Shown here: positions 11,801 to 22,828 of the stretch, piece by piece | Position numbering within the stretch: the first letter of the stretch is position 1 | Layout of the letters: every line of letters begins with the position of its first letter | Origin: Isurus oxyrinchus | Lineage: Eukaryota | DNA length: 64,000 nucleotides | Direction: 5' to 3' | NCBI GenBank assembly: GCA_026770705.1 | Contig: JANJGN010000009.1 | Span: 32,736,001 to 32,800,000 of the forward strand | The notes under the pieces: model-generated | Told to the model about the DNA's origin: nothing | What the model saw: only the letters and a program-made list of their open reading frames with translations | The model's database searches: none | Program-made: the position numbers and the translations under genes

Positions 11801-13370
11801 AAGAGCCCCACATGCAACCACGATCAGTGACATCCGCTTTCGGGGGTATTTTAGTGCTCTGCCTGAACGGTCCAGGCATTGGAAGCAAATCTTCAGAAAA
11901 CCTATGGTTCTCTCTATCACCACCCTTGTGGAGGCATGGCTCCTGTTATACTGCTGCTCTGCCTCTGTCCTTGGGTGATGGAGAGGTGTCATAAGCCAAC
12001 TTTTCAAGGGATAGTGATTGTCACCCAGCAGCCATTCATCCAGTCAGGCTGGAGCACTGAAGAGAATTGATACCTGGGAGTGTCTCAGGATGTACACGTC
12101 ATGGGTGTTTGCACAGACTTGCAGAATATGCATCTTATTGTCACACACTATCTGCACATTCATGGAGTGGAGTTACCCAGCTGACCCGCTGGCGCCTAGA
12201 TGGCCACATGTATGCAGTCGATTGCACCCTGGATGTGAGGGAACCAGCAATCGCTGCAAAGCCTCTGGCTCGCTCAGCCTGGCTGTCCTTCTCCATACGG
12301 AAATGAATGAAAGTCAATACTCACCTGAACAGAGCTTCTGTCACCAGCTTGATCCAACAATGGACAGCTGATTGGGAGACTCCACAAAGATCACCCACTG
12401 ACCCATGGAAAGAGCCAGAGGCATACAAGTTGAGGGCAACCGTGACCTTCAGAGCCACTGGCATGGGGTGAGCACCCACACAGTTGGAGCTGATCTCAGG
12501 TCCAATCATCTGGCAAATGGAGGTCACCATCTCCCTGGAGAGGTGGAGCCTCCTTCAGCACTGCACCTCTGAAATATTGCTGCATCGCTGCCTGTAAACC
12601 CTGGCAGCAGGTTAGTGGCATCTTCTGCAACACCAAACGCCTTGGACTACCTGCTGGCCCTGCAGACCCTATGTCTGCACCTCTCCTCCCACAGGTCACT
12701 CCCCTACAAGCCGCATTGGGACATGTCACTTCATTTTCCTTCTGCCCCTCTCTTCTTCCTCAGAGGAGGTGCCTCCAGCAGAGACTACAATCCCCATTAC
12801 CAGGGTAACGAGAGGTTGTCTGATACCTGGAAGGGTCCACATGGTCTGAGTCCTCCGGGGAACTTGAAGACACCAAGGAGACCTAAAATGAAGCCTGGGA
12901 ATGCTAAGAATGAAGCCCCCAGCAGAGATGAAGCTGCCAAGTACCAATAATTAACCATCAGCAAACTACCTACCAAACTCCTTTCTTCTCACACTGGCAA
13001 TGCTGCTGACCCATTTTATCCTGCCTGTGGATGAGATTTTGTAAATTGTCGGCTGGCCACTTGCCCGTTTTGCCCATGTGACGAGCATGAAATCGCATGG
13101 GCAATGAAAGTCAGTGTCAATTGCCTTTTTAATGGCCTTAGCTGGCCTCTTAATTAAATAGCGGGCACAACTCTGACTCCTGCTCACGCCCAACGACTGA
13201 AATGTCGCACAATTGCACGATGACATCGGGACTCTCATGCAATGCCATCACACGTTATTTTATTCTCATTCAGGGTTGGGCATGCACTCGCCCACTCAGT
13301 GAAAAATTCTGTCCCAAATATTTCACATTTGACTGGAGAGCCATTTAGTATCAGAGCATGACGGCTCTAT

Positions 13371-13487
13371 GGGCAGAAATTTACAGCCCTATTTCAGCGG
13401 GAACGGGGCGGTAAAATGCGGCGAGACATTCTAAACCTCATTGACTTCGGCGGGAATATAAAATCCCGCTACCGTAAAATTTCAGCC
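13371..13487. mobile_element. Small Harbinger-type MITE
   Basis: Ends gggcagaaatt / aatttcagcc; internal inverted repeat agcggga / tcccgct. Confidence 0.55.
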
Positions 13488-15744
13488 GATGTTTTAGCTG
13501 CCATATAAAATTGCTTTGGTCATGAGAAAATATGAATCACGGTTTAATAGCAAACCACTATCAATTATATTTTGTTAACAGAAATAGGAAAAAAAAAATC
13601 AGAAATGTAAAAAAGCCATGCAGTTTCTGAAAATTCATCCCTTGTAACCTTACTTTCGTTTCAGCTACACTTTGAATATCCCAATAATTTTTCCTCTACT
13701 ACCTGTCAACGGACAATTCTAATCATTTATCGCTCACTTAAATTTATGCCCTCTGATTCAACTTGCCTGTCTTAGTTTGAAATACTACTGAGTTTACCTG
13801 ATCTTTGCCAATTAATCTTGTATTTCCTTTGATGAGGTCTCTCTTAACTCCCTTCTTCCTAGAACAGAGTGAAGCTTTAGCTTTAATTTTTCTTCATAAT
13901 CCCAAATATTTGGAGGCTTTCCAAAATCAAATCAACCATAATGTACAATTATTATTTTAGTTCTTGGCTCATATACAGGTTTCATGTGTTTTTTTTTAAT
14001 TTTGGAGATTGCTTCATTCTGAAGAAAAAATGAAGAAGATATTTGTTGAATCAGTAACATGCTTACTATCATTTGTCAAAAAGTTATTCAAAATTAATCT
14101 TTCTTTATCCCGCAAATATATTCCTTCAGAACAAATACAATACGTATGCATTTGGCAATGAAAGCAGTTATGAAGCTGAATGAAAACATGATGAATAAGC
14201 TGTGATGCCATAATTTCCGTTCATACTCGTGCAAGATAGCAAGTAACCAATATTGAACGTGCAGTTAAGACAATTATGGAGACTGTATTTATTAAAATGA
14301 TTATGCCTAAACTACTGCCGGCTTCATTGTTTCACTTGAACAGTTTCTTCTATCATGGCACTCTGTATCTTAATTGAACAGTGCTGGATAGTGCTATTTA
14401 AAATCCAGGTTTGAAAATGAAACCTGCTATTTAAATAGGATTTGGAAAGGTTTTGCATCACTGATTATATATTATTGACAAATTCTATGTTTGAATAATT
14501 CATCTCATTGAGCACATAAATGATTGAAATTTAAAAACTATACCCACCAATATTTTTTCATCAGTTGAAATGTGCCATTATAGCCTGGTGATTTATCCAG
14601 TTATATTTAAAACATATTCTAGTTGTGTGTAAAAATAAGAACATTTCAGAAATGCATTTTAATATTATTTTCCCACTTTTATTTAAGCTTCCAAGAATGT
14701 TCCCCCATGTTAAATCTCTGTGCACATAATAACATTGCATTGATTATGACTACTGGCATTTAAAAAGTATTATTTTCCATTATTCCTTACCTCACATTTC
14801 ACACATTTTGTGCAGCTTGAAGGTTAAAGCTGGCTCTGCACTGATGACTGCAGTTAACTGATGGGCAGCAGAGTGGTGGCTGAACTTCTGTAGAGGCTGC
14901 ATTTGTTGACAGAAATAGATGTATACGTTTGCTTTGTTGAACCAGACCTCTGTGGCCTTAGTGATGCTCAGGAAACAGGGTTGTTGACTGAGTGACCCTG
15001 TTGCATAGAAGTTCAGTGTGCAGCTCTATGCTGCCGGCAGCAGGAAGATACTGCGGTAGCCAAAGGACACCAGTGACAGAGAAAATCAGTGTGCACTGTG
15101 CACAGAACTGCTAGGCAATAGGTCATTTCAGACAAGTGCCAGGTACACATGTCATGTCACTAAGGTCACAGGTACCTTATACCATCATGCAGCCACATAC
15201 TACCAGTTCAGTATGGACACAAAGCATCGGGTAAAAATGATCATACTGCTACCTTTCCAACATGGCAGCAATTACTGGTTGCACCAATATTGTCATTCAC
15301 ACCTCTGTGTTCAATGTCATGTCATACATAACAGAATAGGATTTTAGGAAACAGAAAAGGATTTTACTTCATTAAGGCCCATCTGACAGGTGATCACTGG
15401 CACAGAACAGCCGTGTTTGCTACAGTAATGCTATGAACTACAGCAATACGGCTGTTCATAATCTCATTGCCGCAATACGGTAAGGTGAGGCAATTTTGAT
15501 CTCTTATATTTCTCACAGCCAGGATTAGCTGAAAACAGGACTTGTGAAAGTATGGCAAGAACTGTACACGTGCCTTGAAATCTGATGGGGAATTTTGATG
15601 GGCCCCAGCTGGCGTCTTAACAGGCAGGGGTAAAATAGGATGGGTGGCTAGCCCACCACCTTCCCACCCACCCGGTGGGCTGGTAAGGCATCAGCCAGCC
15701 CGCCCACCCTTGGGCCTAATGAGGCCCTTAACTGGCCAATTAAT

Positions 15745-16003
15745 TGTTCTGAGATTGGGTCCTCCTGCCTTGGACTCTAGGGATGGGAATTAGTTCCTAG
15801 ACAGACTTTAGATATACTCTGGTATGTGCTTAATACTTATTTATTAGTACTACATCTAAACATGTTACAGAGTAAGCGCAAAGCTCTTAGGCATGACTCC
15901 AGCCTCTCTCTTGAGAGTCTAACACATGACTCACTGATGTCAGCAGTGCATCATCATTTACGTCATACAAAGCATATGCCACCTGTTAACCCTTTATACT
16001 ACA
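15745..16003. mobile_element. Short solo LTR (259 bp)
   Basis: TGttct...tactaCA termini; 5-bp TSD ttaat (15740-15744, 16004-16008). Confidence 0.75.
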
Positions 16004-16231
16004 TTAATGGCCAATTATGGTGGACAGGGAAAGACGGAATGAAGGAGGTGAGCCTGCTCTTTCAGCATCTCAAGTGAAAAAATGAGAAGAAGGGGGTGGT
16101 ACCTCCTTTGGGAAGTGCCCTGTATCCATCAGGGACACCCCCCACGCCCCCACCAAGATGTTATCCCCCCCTTTGTGATTTCCCCTTCCTGGCCTCCAAA
16201 ATCCAATTCCCCACATCCCTCCGACAACAGA

Positions 16232-16284
16232 CCCCCACCACCTCCCCCCCCCCCCCCCCCCCCCCCACCCCCCCCCCCACCCCA
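16232..16284. repeat. Poly-C tract
   Basis: Nearly pure C run. Confidence 0.9.
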
Positions 16285-16319
16285 GGGACCCTCCCTGACC
16301 AAAAAATCATGGCTTGCCT

Positions 16320-16700
16320 AAGATCCTGAACAATATTGACAAGGTGGACATGGAAAGGGTGTTTTCTTGGGTGGGTGAGTCCAGAACTAGGAAGCACTGT
16401 TTTAAAATTAGGGGTTGCCCTTATAGAACAGAGAAGAGGAGATTTTTTTTCTCTCTCAGAGGCTTCTGCGACTGGAATTCTCTGCCTCCAAAGGTGGTGG
16501 AGGCGGGGTCATTGAATATTTTTAAGATGGAGGTAGATTCTTATTAAGCAAGGGAATCAAAAGTTATCGGGGGTAGATGGGAATGTGGAAGTCAAAACAC
16601 AGTCAGATCAGCCATGATCCTATTGAATGGCAGAGCCGGCTTGAGGGGCTGAAGGACCTACCTCTGCTCCGATTTCATTTGTTCGTATGTTTGTATGTTT
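16320..16700 (+). mobile_element. CR1 LINE 3' fragment
   Basis: KILNNIDKVDMERVFSWVGESRTRKH...WNSLP; tail ttgttcgtatgtttgtatgttt. Confidence 0.85.
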
Positions 16701-16757
16701 GGCATCCATGGACCTTCTCCTCAGGACTCCCTTCTATTCCCAGCAACACTTACAACT

Positions 16758-16996
16758 TGTTGGTACCTTAGTCAGAGTAGATCAGCAGATGGTTCTTAGG
16801 TAGAACATGTTCCATTTATTTATAAAGGAACTCAGCAGCTACACTTGTGTGCATTCAACTCAAGCCCTGTCTCTCCATAACAGACTCTAACTATAGACTA
16901 CTGACTACTGAGGTAGCCCACGCTTCTCTGCTATTGGATACTAAGACCATGTGATCTTCCATTATAACATTTCTCTTAAAAAAATATTACACATCA
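16758..16996. mobile_element. Probable short solo LTR
   Basis: Starts TGTtggta, ends ...ttacacatCA; contains tttatt; no clear TSD. Confidence 0.45.
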
Positions 16997-17337
16997 GATT
17001 ACCACAGCTTGTGACCAACCTTTCCACTGGAGGAGTGAGCAATCCACACCCCGACCCCACCCACCCTGGTAAAATTCAGTCCCTGCTATTTTTTTTCTCC
17101 ACACCCGAAATTATGATTCATTTTATCAATCTCAGAAGGATCAAAGGCCAGGATTCTAACCCTGAGAACTCTGACCGCCACACCCCCTACCACCCCCCAC
17201 CCCCCGACTCCTCAAACACCCCACCAACCTAGTCTCTTGTTCTAACAGCTGTATAATTATCCTCTCATAACACTTTTTTTTCCAAAGGAACTGGATTTTA
17301 TTATATGCCAAATAAGTAAACAGAATTAGATGGATGA

Positions 17338-17590
17338 AACAACTCACATTTATGAAATGCCTTTCACATCCTCAGAATGTTACAAAGTGCCCCATGACCA
17401 ATGAAGTAATTTTGAAACATAGTCATTATTGTAATTTAGAGATGCAAATGCTCAAATTCGCACACAAACAACAATCTTCTTTGGTTTAGTGCTGGTGGTC
17501 AAGGAGAAAATGTTGGCCACGACACCGAGAGAATTTCCCTGTTGGGGTCACAGGGATATCTACATCCACTTGAAAGGGCAGACAAGGGCA
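17338..17590 (-). mobile_element. DeuSINE/SacSINE1-like fragment
   Basis: Antisense tail aactcacatttatg...; antisense Deu-like core gggatatctacatccacttgaaagggcagac. Confidence 0.6.
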
Positions 17591-17607
17591 AAGAATGGTA
17601 GATTTAT

Positions 17608-17864
17608 AAAACAAAAATAGAATTACCTGGAAAAACTCAGCAGGTCTGGCAGCATCGGCAGAGAAGAAAAGAGTTGACGTTTCGAGTCCTCATGACCCTT
17701 TGACAGAACTTGAGTTCGAGTCCAAGAAAGAGTTGAAATATAAGCTGGTTTAAGGTGTGTGGGGTGGGGGGAGAGAGAGAGAGAAGTGGAGGGGGTTGGT
17801 GTAGTTGTAGGGACAAACAAGCAGTGATAGAAGCAGATCATCAAAAGATGTCACAAACATTTAT
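17608..17864 (-). mobile_element. 5'-truncated Penelope copy (3' UTR/pLTR only)
   Basis: Nearly identical to 30380-30625; 10-bp TSD gtagatttat (17598-17607, 17865-17874). Confidence 0.9.
17672..17710 (-). ncRNA. Minimal hammerhead ribozyme-like motif with GUC triplet
   Basis: Minus strand: agtt CTGTCAA a gggtc atgag gactc GAAAC GTC aact. Confidence 0.6.
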
Positions 17865-17876
17865 GTAGATTTATGT

Positions 17877-18212
17877 TTATATCGAGCTGTCCATGAGTTA
17901 AAGAGGTCCCAAAGTGCTCTAGAGAAAATTTACAGCAAGCTCCCACAAACAGCGTTGAGGTAATAAACTATTTTAGGTGTAGGTTGAAAAATAGTTGTTG
18001 GCCATCACAACATGAGAACTGCCCAGTACCTATTTAAAATAGTGCCATTGGATCTTTATGTCCAACTGAGATGTCTCATCCAAAATGTAGCACCTCTGAC
18101 AGTGCAGCTCTCCCCTCAGTACTGCAATGAAGTGTCAGTCTGTGTTTATATATCTGGAGTGCGGCTTCAACACATAACCATTTTCTCCAAAGTGAGAGTG
18201 CTACATTAAGGC
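17877..18212 (-). mobile_element. tRNA-derived DeuSINE (SacSINE1-like)
   Basis: Minus strand: gtagcactctc tRNA-like head, then gactgacacttcattgcagtactgagggga...ctgcactgtcagaggtgc...ggatgagac...aaagatccaatggcactattt, matching the Deu-domain consensus as recalled. Confidence 0.75.
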
Positions 18213-18703
18213 AGGTCTAACACCTGTTATGTTGGAATTCAAATAAGAAAGATAGCGCAGAATAAGAAAGAAAACCGAGGGAAATGAATAAAGGGTAAGA
18301 AGTATTTAATATTTTATTTTCATTTTAAAAAGTTGCATTAATGTTTCCTGCCATTTGAAAAAAAATTCTGTGATATTAATATTTGTTGTAGCATTATGAA
18401 TGAGTCATAAACTTAAAACAACAGCAGTCCATGAACGAAAACACCCAATTTACCAAAAAATGATATACAATAGTACATGAAATAAAGCATTCTTATTTGC
18501 TCAGTCATTATAATTATTTCTGTTGAATAGTAGAAAATGTTGGTAAGTATATGTTAAGGTTAATTTTGCACTTCCACACCGTAAGCAGTGAATTGTACGT
18601 GCAGTGAGCACAGGCCAGGGAACTAGGGCTACAATGTTGTTTCTGTAGCTCTGACCAAATTCCCTTTGAGCACAGCTTCCCCACCAAAACAATGGAAGCC
18701 CAA

Positions 18704-18805
18704 CAGTTCTGATAGAAGGTCACAGAACTGAATTGTTAACTCTTTTTTCTCTCTTCACAGTTGCTGCCAGACCTACTGAGTATTTCCAGCATTTTTTGGT
18801 TTTAT
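18704..18805 (+). mobile_element. Older Penelope-derived short repeat with decayed hammerhead
   Basis: cagttctgatagaaggtc...gttaactct...gctgccagacctactgagtatttccagcattt. Confidence 0.65.
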
Positions 18806-18922
18806 ACTTGAGTTATTATAATGACAGATAAGTCAGGCTATGCATAGTTCATATCTTTAATTGTGATAAAGAGATTATTTGAAGTTTCAATCATTTATGC
18901 ATAAAGCAGAACATTCTGCAAG

Positions 18923-19841
18923 CGTTATGGCCAGGTGAGAAGGGGTGAACTGGCTCCCCTCTATTCAACTTCCCCAGATAGTCACAACAAAAGTTTAACT
19001 TTCTTTTTCACGAGGATATGCTTTTTCCAAATCAGAATGTATTTAACTATTTAAGCTGTGAGCAATAAGGAGCCAATCAAACAAGGTTTTCTTAAGTCAA
19101 AGAAAGAGCGAATTTATTAACAGCTAAACTCAAGAAAAATAATAAAAATGCGATATCAAGCATTCGGTCCTTATGCAATCATTCGGGCCCACACACATGC
19201 ACAGGAATCAGAAAAAGGGGGGTTAGGATCCAATAAAAACGGTAAAAGAATATACAGTTAAGTGTCCTTTGATTGTCCTTGAGGTGTGGTTTTTAGATGC
19301 TGCAGCTGATTTAGGTTAGCTGGTTTCTTGGATGCGGTCAAATGTAGAAGATGCTTCAATTCTTGCGAGATCTCGGTTCATTGGTAGGTTTCTGTTAGAG
19401 TTGGCTTCCCAAATTGGGTGACACACTTGTTCTAAAAGAGAGACAGAAAGAGAGAGGGAGCGAGAGCAGCCTTCAGCCTGTTTCCTTGAAGTCTTTCTTG
19501 ACACTGCCTGTGTCACTTGCCATCTCTTTCTAGTGGCTGGACAGACTTGCCTTAAAGTATTTCATCCATTGTGTATTTCCAAGAGGTTTGACGTGTCTGT
19601 CTGCAGCAGCCATTGCTTCAATACCCAATACATTGCATTTTTAATGTTTCTTCCTGATGAGTTTCAATGGCTGTCTGGATTATTGGAGATGTCTCACTCT
19701 TCACACTCCTTTGAGGGTGATTTGTTTGTTTCTCACCTTCATCTTGTATGTTTAAGCAGTTTGCTCTGTCTCAGTTCAGATTGCAAAACTGAAAGCTGAA
19801 AAATCATATTTTCAAAAATAAAGGAACATAGCCTTGTGACA
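18923..19841 (-). mobile_element. Solo LTR related to the Gmr1-type LTRs
   Basis: (c/t)gttatgg...gtgaCA termini; 4-bp TSD caag (18919-18922, 19842-19845); gtgagaaggggt motif resembles 27337 and 38195. Confidence 0.8.
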
Positions 19842-20037
19842 CAAGTTAATAATAGGAAATAAAACAAGTTACTGATGTAAATTTATTTGTGCTCAACCAT
19901 TAAACCTATACAGTGGACTGTTAGTTGACTCAAAGTCTGTTTGTGCATAAATTATGTCATCTCAGTCTCCAAATGCGTTATTATGAACAGCAAAATATTT
20001 ATTTATAACAATCATATGACGAGAGAATGGAAGGATG

Positions 20038-20775
20038 TGAAGTTGTTCTAATGTCCTTGTTGATGTTTGGTTCATTAATGGAAGAATCAGATTAAGTTTG
20101 TTTATACCATTGCTGGCAATAGATTTTGGCTAGCTTTCAAACAAAAATATTCAACTGGTTGTGCTATCTGCTGTCATTCTTAAAATCATAATTGTTTTTC
20201 AATTCTTTTTTCTTATCAGTTTTTTTCCTACAAATTCTCCCCTCCTTTCCTGTGGCATTGACTTCTTACTCAGATACAGTTCTGCAGGTGTCAGTGGTCC
20301 TTTGTTATTTATCCTAGGTGGTCATTACTTACTTGTGAGGCTGAGAAAGTGTAGATTGCTGGGTTATTTTAACATATGTTTTATGCTTTCACTTATGGTC
20401 GAGTCCGACCCTGTTCTGATCCACGCACAAGCAATTGAAATTGATAAATAATTGTTGTTGTTTTCATATCTCCTCATCTTTTCCTTTGGAGTAGAGTATG
20501 AAATAGTGGAAGGAGCCCAAGAGGGCTCCGCTTCTAACAGTCCAACAGGGCATGACATGAGTATTCCATCCATGGCCATAAACACCTTTATACCAGTAGA
20601 TAAACTGGCTAGTCCAATATAGTGGGAGGGTTTTAAAGGCTTCCCCCCCTTCATGCAATGAAGATGTTCTAAAGCCCTTGTTGATGTTTAGTTCACAATG
20701 GAAGAGTCAGACATAGCTTGGGTATACCATTGCTGGCATTGGATTCTTGCTAGCTTTCAAACAAAAGTATTCAAC
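20038..20775 (+). repeat. Diverged ~117-bp direct repeat (20038-20155 and 20659-20775)
   Basis: Shared blocks ccttgttgatgttt, aatggaaga, tataccattgctggca, gctagctttcaaacaaaa, tattcaac. Confidence 0.85.
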
Positions 20776-21037
20776 AATTGCTCTCTTTTCGTCTGGTGAA
20801 TCATTATTTCTGCTGGCTTTAAACTGACTTGCTGGACCCGGCTAAAGCTCCTGCCAGAGACTTCTAGCAACAGAGCTGTCTATCAAAACACTATAGCCTA
20901 GCATGAACCTTGCCCCTTTTCATCCTATGAAGGCAAGTCTGAACAAAAGACATCAATAAATGAACTTTTTAAATTAAATAGACAGGCTGCCACTTTGTAA
21001 TATTCAGAGACAATTGAGGACCGAGACTTAAGCCTTA

Positions 21038-22272
21038 GGGTGGAATCGTCCCAGATTTGCACAAAGTGCAGTAGCAGGCAGGCAGAAAGTTGTTTGAGCA
21101 ACTGGCCGCAATGGTGGGTTTTTGCGCCATACCATCTCATTCCCTCTCATTAATTATGCAACGACAGGAAACACAGCATCTCAGTGGTGGGTGGCCTCCA
21201 ATTTGCCCGCCATGCCATTACCTCGCCTCTTCATCATGCAGGGCACCATATCTAAACTGCCGTTGCACACGCACTTCTCAATGCTTGCCGCCCAGAGTTG
21301 CTTTGGTGAAGGCATGGCCCTAAAGGCCAAGAAGAGTGCAGCCTTCCACTTCAGTGACGCATCCCTGTGACGCCTTCTGGAAGCTGTGGAGGCCCGCTGC
21401 GATGCCCTCTACCCTCAGGAGGCCCATCAGTCTCACAGCTCCTGCTTGAGAGGTGGTGGCAGAGGTGGTCATTGTCAATGCTGCACACAAGAGGTTGGTC
21501 ATCCAGTGCAGAAAGCAGATTAATGATCTTATCCGTGCTGCCAGATTAAGGCAACCATTTCATCACTCTAAACTCACACACTCACAAGGCCATCAGACAT
21601 TCACTGGCATCTCATTCACTGCCAGCTCAAGGGACATCACCACTCAGTCTCTCACACATGGCCTCATATCCCCGTCTGGCCTCATCTTCTCTGGAGACTG
21701 CCTCCTCAGCCCTTACCTCTTGAGGCCATGCCACAGATCAACATGTGTTCCCCCCCCTCCCCCACACACACATACACACACACCCCCTGGGATATCCCAC
21801 TTCTCCTGTACAGCCCGTGCCCTGCAGCCTCTTCCCCTGCTTGAGGCCACTTCTCCTCCTTCCCCAAACAAGCCCTAGCCCTGAAGCTGTTGCCTGCTAA
21901 GCCTGGCACTGATGACCGCGAGTGCTGCCCGAAGCAAGGTAGGCAAACAAACCTCGAAGTCCTGAGCGAAGAGCAGCTCGCCAGGTGCAGGTTGCTTATG
22001 TACAGTTGTGAAACATGTCAGCATTATCCCGGATGATCCAGCGTGGGAGGATGATTCCAGCGAGCAGGGCTTATAATGAGATGCTAAAGTATTGAAATAA
22101 GGTTTCCAACATGCAGTGACAGGAAAGGTGGACCGCCATTGACGGGTGGAGCAGGTGATCACAAACTGGTTTTTCAATGGCATGAAACCAATTTTGGCCT
22201 TCTCGGCATATTGTCCCCCCCACCCCCCAGCATCATGACACTCAATGCCAACAGGGCCGAATAATCCTGGCC
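21038..22272 (+). mobile_element. Non-autonomous Harbinger retaining a Myb/SANT exon
   Basis: TSD tta (21035-21037, 22273-22275); ends gggtggaatc / aatcctggcc; MALKAKKSAAFHFSDASL...VIQCRKQINDLIRAAR. Confidence 0.8.
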
Positions 22273-22828
22273 TTAGTGTTTCAGCAGCTTCACATTTAAA
22301 AGCTTGGCCATTTAAACAATTAGTATTTTAGCCCTATTACCTGAGAGGAATCAGAGCTCAAGATGCATATTAACTGGCATTTGGACTGCCTGAAAGACGT
22401 AGATATTCCTGTACCTTGCAGACCCATTAACAGAAACCACTTGTGCCTACTGCGACCAACATTGAAGAAACCAATCAATAAACTAACAGAGGCAAAGATA
22501 TTTCATTTTTGTCACATTTAGTGTTGCCCAAGGACAGGGCATTCTTTTGAAAAAAATCAGTCTTTCATGTACTATTACAATTTATGGATTAGAGTCAAAG
22601 TGAAGAAATTTTACCTGGTGTGAAAAGCAGCTTTTTAACTTTGTGAGAAATCTGTAAGATGAATCAGAACAATAAATAATGACAGTTCATCAACACTAGT
22701 AATTTCTGCAAAATTGCTCTGAAAATATGGTGAAATGCAAAACCTCAATGCTATATCTAAAAACTAGCTCTATTCAAATTTAGTGGTGAAGTGACATAGT
22801 ATGAGCATTTTTCTAAGTATACCCTCAC

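Larger units (their letters stand above)
9975..12800 (-). pseudogene. Harbinger (HARBI1-like) DDE transposase, split by solo LTRs
   Basis: PVALKVTVALNLYASGSF...GVSQSAVH; GAIDCIHVAI; [17 protein letters not shown]...[20 protein letters not shown]; IVVACGAL continues as HNLA after the 10186-11800 insertion. Contains stops and frameshifts. Confidence 0.9.
7158..13314. mobile_element. Full-length PIF/Harbinger DNA transposon (decayed)
   Basis: TIRs gagcagaattt (7158) / aaattctgtcc (ends 13314); 3-bp TSD caa (7155-7157, 13315-13317); convergent Myb/SANT-like and transposase genes inside. Confidence 0.9.
15586..17083. mobile_element. Harbinger-type MITE carrying nested insertions
   Basis: Ends ggggaatttt / aaaattcagtccc; contains the ggccaattaa motif shared with 7265; GC-rich interior interrupted by two LTR-like inserts and a CR1 fragment. 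Confidence 0.55.

Noticed and set aside
11744-12530. Domesticated host gene HARBI1
   Set aside because: Lies inside TIRs with a TSD, has frameshifts and an LTR insertion; it is a dead transposon copy.
16082-16397. Poly-Pro and poly-Gly ORFs
   Set aside because: Translation of the poly-C tract.
18140-18212. tRNA gene
   Set aside because: Degenerate tRNA-derived SINE head joined to a Deu-like body; no intact cloverleaf.
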